DNA of 64,000 nucleotides. Origin: an uncultured Methanosarcinaceae archaeon. Its GTDB lineage: Archaea; Halobacteriota; Methanosarcinia; Methanosarcinales; Methanosarcinaceae. The stretch is from assembly GCA_963847185.1 (NCBI GenBank), contig CAWJYV010000001.1, positions 64,001-128,000 on the forward strand, in the 5' to 3' direction. Every line of letters begins with the position of its first letter. Positions within the stretch are counted from its first letter, which is position 1. Positions 54,224-64,000 of the stretch are shown piece after piece. The translations under genes and the position numbers were made by a program. The notes under the pieces are model-generated. The model saw only the letters and a program-made list of their open reading frames with translations. It made no database searches and had not been told where the DNA came from.

Positions 54224-55334
54224 ATGCTCGCACTCAATCCTCATTCAAACAGCCCAGAAAGGCAGATTGTTCTCCATGTAGACATGGATTCGTTTTTTTG
54301 CATCAGTTGAAGTCAGAGAACATCCTGAACTTAAAGGTCTACCTGTTGTAGTGGGCTCAGACCCGAAGGAAGGGAAAGGTAGAGGAGTGGTTAGCACTTG
54401 TTCATATGAAGCAAGGAAATACGGGATACACTCGGCAATGCCAGTTTCGCAGGCTTATAAACTTTGTCCAGATGCTGCCTTTGTGCCTGTGAACATGAAA
54501 CTCTATGCACAGGTTTCAGCGAACTGTAATGGAAATAATAAAGGGTTTTGCTGAAAAATTCCAGCAATATAGTGTGGACGAAGCCTTTCTAGTGCCAGGA
54601 CCTGAGATAAAGAATTTTGAAGAAGCTGCCATTATTGCACTGAGGATAAAGGATGAGATCCAGAAACAAGAAAGAATAACCTGTTCTGTAGGAGTGGAAC
54701 CGAATAAGCTTGTTGCAAAGGTAGCTTCAAAGTTTGAGAAACCTGATGGTCTCACAGTTATTAGACCTGACAGATGTCAAGATTTTCTATTTCCCTTAAA
54801 TGTTTCAAAGATTCCGGGTATTGGTGAAAAAACAACAGAGGCCCTTAAATTGATGGGAATAACTCAAGTTGAAGAGCTTGCTAATTGCGATATCCAGAGG
54901 CTTTCTGAAAGGTTCGGGAAAATGGGGCTCTGGATGAAGCAGGTGGCATATGGTCTGGATTTCAGTGAAGTAAAGGAATGGGAAGAAGCTGTAAAGTCAA
55001 TAAGCAGGAGTGGAACGTTTGATGAAGATACAAACGATCCTGTAAAAATTGCAGGCTTTCTGGAATTGCTTGCTGAGAGCGTACATAGAGCTCTCATAAG
55101 AGATGGATTTCTTTTCAAAGTCGTAACCCTTAAAGGTCCGCTTCGAAGACTTTTCCACATATACACGCTCAAAGACTGTTTCTGTCTGGACTTCTGATAT
55201 TTTCGTGATTAAAAGGGTCGCCATGCAACTGCTTTCTGAGTTTATTGGAAAACAAAAAATTAGACTAGTAGGTGTAGGAGTTTCAAGACTTAGGGAAAGA
55301 GACGAGAGACAGACGCTTGATTACGGATTTTTAA
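54224..55334 (+). pseudogene. dinB: DNA polymerase IV (DinB/Dbh), multiple frameshifts
   Basis: [31 protein letters not shown], in different frames. Confidence 0.9.
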
Positions 55335-55459
55335 AGTATTTTTCGAGATTATTCAAGTCCAGCATGCTCTGGATGGATATTTAGCAGGGTAAGTAAATTT
55401 CGGTACTTCATTTGTATTTAGTTGATATTATATAGTAGGAAAAATATCATATTCTCCTA

Positions 55460-57645
55460 ATGGGAAAAAGAGGAGCAAAGCCAAAGTTCACTGACGTTTC
55501 TTGTCCTAATCCGGATTGTAAACTTTATGGTGTTACTGGAAAAGAAAACATCATAGGCAATGGTACCTATCAAATCAAGAATAAGCGAGTTCGAAAATAT
55601 ATCTGCCGCAAATGCGGCAGAGTATTCAATGATCGAACAGGTACTTTTTTTGAGAATGTTCGCAAAGACGAATCTGACATTAAACTAGCCCTTAAAATGG
55701 CTATTAAAGGAATGTCAATACAAGCTATTTCTTATGTATTGGAAGTTCAACCTGCCACAGTAAGTAACTGGTTGTTTCGCGCAGCGAAACAATGTGAGAA
55801 GGTAAATGAAGACTTGATGAAGGATCTTAATATTTCCAAAGTTGAGATGGATGAACTATGGGTAATAATTGAAAAAAAGTTGCTCCAAGAACAGAAGTTG
55901 AAGATGATGGAGCATGGATGTGGGTGAGCTTTGCACCTGAGTCCAGATTAATAATTGATTTTGTACTGGGACCAAGAAAACAGTATGTGGCAGACGAATT
56001 TGTAAATATTACAGATAAACATCTTTCAACTTTAAAACCTCTTTTTGTTACAGATGGATTCTATGCTGAAGCTCTTTTGAAAAAATATGGTGATTTGGTA
56101 GAGTTTTCTAAAAATGGGAAGAGAGGAAGACCCAGAAAACTAGCAATAGTACCTAATGAAAATCTGAAATATGCTCAGGTTATCAAAAACAAACTGGGAA
56201 AGAAGCTTCAGAAAATTGAAAAAAGAGTAATCTTTGGTCAAAATATAGATCAAAGTGAAATTTCAACAAGTTTGCTTGAAAGACAAAATCTAACATTTAG
56301 ACAGGATAACAATAGAGTTTCAAGGAAGACAATAGGGTTTTCAAAGAAAATTGAGGGATTGTACAACCAAATGAGACTTTATTGCACTCATTTTAACTTT
56401 TGTAGAGACCATAGAGGATTAAAAAAGAAAAAGAAAATGGAGTTTTGGGAAAGAAAACACCAGCAGAAAAATATGGGATTACTAAAAATATAGTTCCTGA
56501 CTCAACAAATTACACTTTTTATTTGTGGATTGAATGTTTCCATCCATTTCTTTGCAAATGATAATGAGTTTTTCACTTTCATAAATTCATTTTTGATAAT
56601 CTTTTTTAAATGTTCTTTTGATTGAATAAATCTAACAGATACTTCTCTCTTAATCGTTTTCCATACAAATTCTACAGGATTTAGATCTGGTGAATAAGGA
56701 GGAAGAAACACAAGTGTTATATTTAATTCTCTTGCTTTCCTTACCGTTTTATCAGCATGATGTGACCTCGAATTATCCAGAACAAGAATTATTCTTTTCC
56801 CTAAATTCTGTTCCACAATTTTCTCAAGGAATTCACATACATTTTCTGCTTTTGAACTTTCCATAAAATCGATGAGATTTCTACCATTAATCGAATAGAA
56901 TGCAAACGCATTTGCTTTTATATAATCTGTATTTTTTGTTATCAAAGGCTTTTTAAATGACCATAATCGTTGCGTATTTGCTTTTGTTTGTGGTGAGGAT
57001 TCATCCAAAAAACCTATAAGATATTGATCATCTGGACCAATATATGCTGGAATTGCTTCTATTAACTTTTTTTAAAATTTCCTCAGCATTTTTAGGTCTT
57101 CTGTAGTCAAGAGTATATGGTTTTGAATGATACATGTTAAAACTATGCAGTATAACTCCTACTTGTTTCTGTGAATACTCTACCCCATATTTTTCCTTTA
57201 TTAACTCCAAAGCTTCTCTTGTAGTCCAATGATCTTTTTTTTCCAGCAAGATTCTTAACTCTTTTATTTGATCATCGGTAAGCTTGGATTTTCTCCCCCC
57301 ACCAAAATTTGGTATTAAGGCGGCATAGCCGCCTTTATTCCAGGCATCTTGCCAGTAATATCCTGTTTTCTTAGTAACTCCAACTTTAGTAGCGGCTTCT
57401 TCTACTGAATCCCCTAAAAATCTAAATTTTACAAAATAGAGCCTTTTAAGCACTCTTGAATTGGTTTCATGTTTGATTAAAACGTTGATTTCATCAAGAA
57501 CTAATTTTTGATCAATTGGAATGCGTTCTTTCCCCACCATATAAGTAGATAGGTGTTAATACGTGTAATAAGTTACGTTGAAGATTATAAATGGACATTA
57601 ACAGATTTGTTAAATTATAGGAATAGAAAAATATCAACTAATTAA
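55460..57645 (+). mobile_element. IS1 family transposase (two ORFs), C-terminus interrupted by IS630
   Basis: CPNPDC..CRKC Zn finger, EMDELW, LERQNLTFRQ; frame resumes as KWTLTDLL at 57590. Confidence 0.85.
56491..57587 (-). mobile_element. IS630 family element (two ORFs, slippery A-run) inserted at TA
   Basis: LDNSRSH, LPPYSPDLNPVE; TA at 56489-56490 and 57588-57589; removal restores the IS1 frame. Confidence 0.92.
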
Positions 57646-57654
57646 TGAGGCAGC

Positions 57655-58080
57655 GTCAATATTTTTGAATGATTTTATTGACGTTGAGTCTTCTCTCGTC
57701 TTTTTCCAACGATATTCTGTTGGGTTCCTATCTGGAGTAGCTGGAGGGAAAAATAGTATTTGCAACCAATGCTTATTATTTTGATAAAATTCCTTTGCCT
57801 TTGTCGATCTATTCCATGTAGCTCTGTCCGTAGAAGAAATATCTTTATCCCTATATCTCTCTTAAAATCGAGTACTGATTTTAAGTAAGATTCTGTATTC
57901 TGTTTAACTCCTAAATCATACCAATAATTTGGAATAATCGATTGAGTTTCTGATCATGTAAAATAGTTCTGAAACTCTCATTGATTGGGAAATAAAATTG
58001 GTTTTGGGACGAGCTCTTCTTTTACTTTATTCCAAGCTTTACCACTCCAAAATCAAGCCCATAAAACTCTCTACTATCCT
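57655..58080 (-). pseudogene. degraded second IS630-type transposase
   Basis: manual translation gives DRATW..WLQILFFPPATPDRNPTEYRWK. Confidence 0.6.
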
Positions 58081-58486
58081 CTTAGCCAAGCTTTTCTTCA
58101 AATCTGGATTAATTTTTATTCACTCATACACAAAAGTTCGTCACCGATCATGTACGTGTTGACTGGATAGTTTATACTACATTTATTTTTTATACTGTTC
58201 TTATGGAAGGGATGGAAGGGATTTGAATTAAACTTAACATATAAGGTAAGAAAAAAATATTTTTTAATTTTTTTGTATTATACGTATAATTATTGCTTCA
58301 AATCTCTTCCATTACCCCCATAAATTTCGGGACAAGTGAAACAATAAGCCAATAACATCTTTTGCGCTACTCCGGATACAAGTACTTCACCATTATCCCG
58401 AAAACCTGTTACTGATCATGTATGTAACGTGCAGATGGCTTATTGTAGCTTTATAACATTCCAGTGTGAATTTTCGAATAATTTTG

Positions 58487-59016
58487 TTATACAAAGCCAA
58501 ATAAGATAACTAGCGTCCAAATAGTCGATGGTAAGAAAAAGCTTAGAAATACTGCTATCATGGATTTTCTCATACTTACATTATGCACGATCATACCACC
58601 TACAGTAAGAAGATACATCTCGTAAATTACAGCGACTGAGACAACATAAGGAACTGTTAAAAATACCAGTGCAGCACTTGCATATGACGCAAATCTTACG
58701 GTGCCTTCATAACTTCCAGTTCCTCCAAGCGCCCTATAAAGGAGGTTAGCGATTAGAGATAGGATAAGAAAAGAGACGAATACTAAAAGAAGTCCTACTC
58801 CCAAAATCAAAGAAATAGCCTTTAAGTCAGAAAAGCTGAATTTAGAATCGTCCATTGTTAACATGCTGAAGGAGACGAACATAGATAAAAGCCAGGATAT
58901 GATATAGCTGATTGCTGCAAAAGTTAGTGGATCAGAATATCCTCAGTCGTTGGCATTTTCATGAAAAATTCAGCTGGTTTCAGCATACCCTCTTTCCAAG
59001 TTTTGATGTAGTCCAT
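58487..59016 (-). pseudogene. Yip1 family membrane protein, frameshifted near 58945
   Basis: MDYIKTWK..KPAEFF; LGGTGSYEGTVR..Y. Confidence 0.7.
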
Positions 59017-59327
59017 CTTTATTAGAAATTGAGTTGATACTAATTAAATTTATGGAGGCAGTTCTTGGATTGAATCATGATGCAGAGTAGGGACTTTATG
59101 GCCCTAAAGCTTCTACTTATTCCTTGTTTTGAATGAAATTTAATGCTTACATCGGTCTTTGTGAGTATTTCAAGCAACCTTCATAGTCACTTTGTATGTT
59201 TTCTGGATATAAATCACTCCACTATTATCCCGAGAACCTGTTACAAGCAATGTTACGTATCGTATGAAGGGCTTACAACCATACTACCTTAATACGGAAA
59301 ATAAAATTGCGTAAAATCTTTTGTTAT

Positions 59328-59528
59328 TTACATGAGACCTATTCTAAGATAGCTCAATATGATAATTAAAAGTGCTCTGAATACACCTCCAATTGCTGCA
59401 GCTAAGACTAGAGCTCCAAAAATAGTATTCATAGCAAGCTGAGTACCGTTTTTAAAAATTACATATAATACAACGGCTATTATAATTGCCAGAAATAGCG
59501 TTGAGATTTCTATAACTGCAAATACCAT
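59328..59528 (-). CDS. small membrane protein (BofA-like, possibly with internal deletion)
   Basis: hydrophobic; NTIFG..AIGG. Confidence 0.5.
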   Translation of the reverse strand: MVFAVIEISTLFLAIIIAVVLYVIFKNGTQLAMNTIFGALVLAAAIGGVFRALLIIILSYLRIGLM

Positions 59529-60308
59529 ATCTCTACTTAGAGATTCAATTCATTTATAACTATCATTGTTCGTGAAATGCCCTTAACAGCCTTCGCTAAT
59601 TATTTTGTATATTCCTTGGATATAATTTATTCACTCATACACAAAAGCTTGTTACCGATCATGTACGTATTGTAAGGATATCTTACAACTATCCTACCTT
59701 TATACAGGATAAGCAAAGATGGATATCAAATTTTTAAAAACCTTTTTTCTCTTTTTTTGTCCCAATTAACGGTAAATAGACACATAAGGAATGAAATAAA
59801 TATAATTTATAATAGGACGAAAAATAGTTTCAGGCAAAAAAGTGTGTACGGGCTTGACACTAAACCATCAACAATAAAAATAATTGACGAAAGTCGTGGT
59901 CAACTTATTGTTGAAAAGTATAGTAAGGTGGTTTAAATGGTCAAGCAAATTTCAAAAGAAGAAGTACTAAAAGAAATTTATGAATAAATGGTTAAACTCG
60001 AATCGAAAATTGCAAAATGGAATCCTAAGACTGACAGTTTGCAATTGATTGGAGAATGGATGGAGAGGGAAGAGGAATTAATTTGCTATCAATTCGAAGA
60101 AGTTGAAGCTATTAGTAGGTGTAAAGGGATGGAACCTATATCCCGATCTCTTTTTTTGCGTATGCTAGGCTTTTGTGTCTCTTTTATTGATCTTTATCTA
60201 TAGAAAAAATCCGTAATCAAAGTTGCCTATCAAAGGGCTATTTTTGAGCCTTGACTCCACTAATTATTTTGAAAATGCTTTTATTGATAGGTTTTGTATA
60301 CATAGCTC

Positions 60309-60986
60309 ATGGATATTGAACATTATTTTCTTCCAGGCGACGGATGCAAAGTTCCAGCGATTCTCATTAAGCCTGTAAAGCCAATGGGTGCAGCTGTCAT
60401 TGTGCATGGATATGGGGGGAATAAAGAAGAACAGCTGGGACTTGGATTGCGAGTGGCAGAGGCAGGTCTTATAGCTTGCGTAATAGACCTTCGCGGCCAC
60501 GGGGAGCACTCTCTCCTGTTGGACAGGGATATCGGTGCAGATTTGGATGCAGCAATACGTTTCTGTCGCTTGTTTGGGAAGGTTGTAGCAATAGGTCATT
60601 CTTTTGGTGGTCATTTGGCTCTATTAAGCAATGCAGATTATCGTATCGCAATCTCGCCATCTATTAAAAGGCCACTAAGTGAACTTACGCAAAAGGCGCT
60701 CAAAAAAAGGTGTAGTTACCGTGTGCGGCCTTCGGACTTTGAAGTTGTACGTATAATACATGAGGGACTTCCAACCTGGGATCCTACAAACGACAATGGA
60801 AATACACTGATCCTCTTTGCAGAGTGGGATCTCCCTGAAATATCATCAGGCTGCAATGAACTAAAAAATGGAGGGGCGCACGTAGTTCAAGTACCAAAGT
60901 CAACACATAATAATATCTTTCTTGTGGAACAGACATTTGAGGATGTCCGGAACTATATTCTGGAACGGTATGGTAATGGGAACTGA
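60309..60986 (+). CDS. alpha/beta hydrolase
   Basis: HGYGG, DLRGHGE, GHSFGG. Confidence 0.92.
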   Translation: MDIEHYFLPGDGCKVPAILIKPVKPMGAAVIVHGYGGNKEEQLGLGLRVAEAGLIACVIDLRGHGEHSLLLDRDIGADLDAAIRFCRLFGKVVAIGHSFGGHLALLSNADYRIAISPSIKRPLSELTQKALKKRCSYRVRPSDFEVVRIIHEGLPTWDPTNDNGNTLILFAEWDLPEISSGCNELKNGGAHVVQVPKSTHNNIFLVEQTFEDVRNYILERYGNGN

Positions 60987-61109
60987 CCATTATACTGGAG
61001 ATATTTGTAGGTAATCCAGTTAATACCCCCAACCCAAGCCATACATTCTCAACCTCACATCCAAACATTGTTTAAAAGCCAACTAACAAAATCCTCATTT
61101 TCTTTATTT

Positions 61110-61490
61110 GTAGGCAAATTCTTCATTTATCCCTAAAAAAGCGAAAGGTCAAAACTAATTAAGGCATATACCATCTGAGTAACGAAGAGGATATACCCTA
61201 CCGCAGCATGAGAAAACCTTTCACGCCTGGTGTTCAAATTCCCATTCTTATCCCAGGCAGTAGCCTTGCACTTTAATTATTAAGTATGTACTTTTAGGAT
61301 AGACTTACCGCGCCAGCCTTCCATATTATCCCAGAGGCCTGATCCGTACGCACTCGTTTTAATCGATTTGTGGAACCTTCCGGGATATATTTTGGTCCAT
61401 TTAGCTACGGGCGATAGCCTTGGCCATTGTACATGGATTAGGTATATTTTAGGTATGTGGAGTATATGTCTTCAAGGATAGACATGCAAA
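61110..61490. repeat. module D plus core unit A10 (central palindrome missing)
   Basis: CCGCGCCAGCCTTCCATATTATCCCAGA at 61308, then TGTGGAA.CTTCCGGGATAT..GGTCCAT..GCGATAGCC. Confidence 0.82.
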
Positions 61491-61609
61491 AATAGCTGCG
61501 CCAAGAAGAGCAAACGATATCTTTATCCCTCTAAAATTATAATATTTCTTTTAGTTTACTATTGATAAAGGACTAAAATTTCGTAGTAAAGGAAAAGGGA
61601 TTATGGTAT

Positions 61610-61790
61610 ATCTGACCTTAAAGGACCTGACCTTGAAAAGGTTAACCTTAGAAGCTAACCTTAAAGGAGCTCATCATTTATCACTTGACCAGCTTTCGAA
61701 AGTGAAAATACTTATGATATAAAATTAGACGAAGAGCTCTTCATACCACTAAAAAGAAATACCTAGCCCTTTTTGAAGTACCTGAGTGCG
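61610..61790 (+). pseudogene. pentapeptide-repeat protein C-terminal relic
   Basis: encodes LKGAHHLSLDQLSKVK, as in 62790-63146 but in opposite orientation. Confidence 0.7.
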
Positions 61791-62008
61791 ATGGATGACC
61801 GAATATTATCAAAAAATTCCAGTGTAGCATAGATTTCAGCCGTTCCCGATGATGGGGAAGAAATCACGATTTTCCATGAAAAACTTGGGTATCCTTATGA
61901 AAACTTTCCATATTTCATACATGTGTCAATGGCTCATGAGGGTTTGAAGCGGCTATATTTTTCTGAAAGAATAAAATAAAATTAAAATTGAAGTGACACA
62001 ATTATTCA

Positions 62009-62398
62009 TTAATCAAAATATTTTTCGAAACTTTCACACATATTAAGCACGTCGCTCATGCATTCATCAGATAGTTTTTTATACCTTTCCACATCGGCTG
62101 TATGTATAGGTTCACCTGCCAATGTTTTCATCTTAGCGACTATAGATAAAAGATCATCAGTTACCCGTTTAGGCAATATATCACGAACCTCAACAGCGAC
62201 CTCTATAAAAATTCTAGCATGCCTTCTGAACATTTCCTCAAAAACACTGTACCCATCATACTCACCACGAGTCTTCCAATCGAAGTAAAATTTCAAAAGA
62301 GCTTTTTTTACCACAGATTTCGCAATTCTAAACTGCTCTTCTTTGTCATTTCGAGCATCTAGCAACCGATCAATCTCAGAATATACAATACCCCACAT
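62009..62398 (-). CDS. hypothetical protein
   Basis: clean ORF with protein-like composition. Confidence 0.7.
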   Translation of the reverse strand: MWGIVYSEIDRLLDARNDKEEQFRIAKSVVKKALLKFYFDWKTRGEYDGYSVFEEMFRRHARIFIEVAVEVRDILPKRVTDDLLSIVAKMKTLAGEPIHTADVERYKKLSDECMSDVLNMCESFEKYFD

Positions 62399-62789
62399 AA
62401 CAATGGCTATAGCACTAATTCATTAAATACTTGCATGATGCGTTAAATACTTTTAATTAAGTAGATGATTTGTAACAGATGGTGTAACCAATGTCTTTTT
62501 ATTTATTCAGCAGATAATTAGAACTATCGAAGCTATACACTTTGACTTTCATAAAGGCTTCAAAAATTTTACATCCTTGAACTTTTCTGCTTGAGATTAA
62601 GAAGAAATGAATAACCTGAAGGTTTTTTACTTGGTGATGGTAAAATCTAGAAGCTAAACAAGAACATTACAACCAAATGGGCTTATATTCAAACCTTGAT
62701 TTTTGATCTAGAGGATAGCAGGATAAACATTAAGCTGCTTCCAGAGAATAAAGGAAATAAAAAGCAACAATGAAAATTTGTAATGTTCG

Positions 62790-63146
62790 TTATTCATCAG
62801 ATTTTTCAAAAAGAGCAGGATACTTCTTTTTTAATGGCGTATATAGCTCTTCGTCTAATTTTGTATCATGAAGTGTTTTCACTTTTGAAAGCTGGTCAAG
62901 TGATAAATGATGAGCTCCTTTAAGATCAGCCCTTTCAAGATTAGCCCCTTCAAGATTAGTCTCTTCAAGATTAGTCTCTTCAAGATTAGTCTCTTCAAGA
63001 TTAGCTCCTTGAAAATTAGCCTCTATAAGGTATGCCCCTTCAAGGTTAGCTTCTATAAGGTCAGCTCCCTGAAGGTTAGCTCCTTGAAGTTCTTTTCTCT
63101 CTGGAATAGCCATATACAATTGTTGTCTTTGAACTAAAAAAAGCAT
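62790..63146 (-). CDS. pentapeptide-repeat protein (short or fragment)
   Basis: ANLEG/TNLEE repeats, encoded by a 15-bp tandem repeat. Confidence 0.8.
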   Translation of the reverse strand: MLFLVQRQQLYMAIPERKELQGANLQGADLIEANLEGAYLIEANFQGANLEETNLEETNLEETNLEGANLERADLKGAHHLSLDQLSKVKTLHDTKLDEELYTPLKKKYPALFEKSDE

Positions 63147-63490
63147 TACTCTACTAGGAAGATATCTTCTGCTGTTAAGGATTTATTTTTAAAAATTGCA
63201 TATATATTCTGGATCTATAAAGCCTGCAGAAAAGGACAGCAACTTTTATCCCTATAGATTGCTGTTTCTCCAGTTTTAGGCTTATTTCCTATAATTGGTA
63301 CCACTTTTGAAGAAAAACTCTTCTGACCTAGGAGAATAGCAGGTTAAAAATCAAGCTGTTATTCTCATGGATCAAATAATTAATATAGACAGCTTGCTTT
63401 TTGGTCCTTCATTTAGCTTTTATATCTGGGCATCCTCGTGTGCATCTGGCTCTTTGACCGTCAAGGCTTTCTTGTCTCTTTCACACCTTA

Positions 63491-64000
63491 CCCAGGGCCT
63501 CTGTACTCAATTAAAAACAGCTACCTTACCTCTTCTTCCGAAAATAGCGCAGGCAGCTCGACAACGCCATCTACACACCATCCTCACACCTAAAAATCCA
63601 TAAAAAAGCCAACCAACAACATTATCAACTAATTATTTAAGTAACCACTTTCAATCCATCTTTTTTCAGTCAAACAATCGAATCAGGTTAGTGCATAAAA
63701 GCCGGATCTTTAACATAACCTTTGAAGCATACAAGGTTATTACAGATAGTATTTCAAAGCCTTTTAAAAAATTATTTCATAAAAGATAATCAAAGCTGCG
63801 CTGATGCATCCTGCTGCAAGCAATGGAGTATATTCGCGCCATCCTTTCACATATCCCAAAAGCCCTGGTTCATAAGTGCTCGTTTTAATTGCTTTGTTGA
63901 GCCGTTAGGATATATTGGTCCATTTGGCTATGAGCTATAGCCCTAGACATTGTACGTAGTTTCGAGGTACGTGTGGGTGTTTAGGTATGTAGCTACAAAA
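63491..64000. repeat. modules F and C plus core unit A11 (runs off the window end)
   Basis: module C at 63661; GGATATATTGGTCCATTTGGCTATGAGCTATAGCCCTAGACATTGTACGT. Confidence 0.82.

Noticed and set aside
61215-61250. tRNA T-arm-like GTTCAAATTCCC (possible att relic)
   Set aside because: No cloverleaf or acceptor stem; too short to support.
62930-63090. 15-bp tandem repeat
   Set aside because: Explained by pentapeptide-repeat coding sequence.

Overview
AT-rich archaeal chromosomal window, most consistent with Methanosarcina (HisKA_2 multi-PAS/PocR kinases, PKD/PGF-pre-PGF surface proteins, DUF1699, GfcR). From left to right: a thiol/metalloid-stress cluster (CMD, USP, thioredoxins, CcdA, two DGC proteins, two ArsR, two ArsP permeases); a DsrE/F/H-type operon behind duplicated ArsR-FeS genes; four modular histidine kinases interleaved with small regulators; a nitrogenase-like operon (NifH fused to a D-like subunit, plus a K-like subunit) lying between two IS6 ends; and a run of nested IS elements and pseudogenes. 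The main unexplained signals are non-coding: (1) a ~230 bp co-oriented intergenic repeat with about 11 copies, covarying palindromic stems and head-to-tail tandem units, embedded in a mosaic of further repeat modules; (2) a two-copy, two-hairpin candidate sRNA; (3) a covarying palindrome next to the RBS of all four kinases; (4) a 46-bp tandem array enclosed by inverted repeats. All family calls come from recognising motifs by eye, with no database search. Many single-base frameshifts may be sequencing errors.
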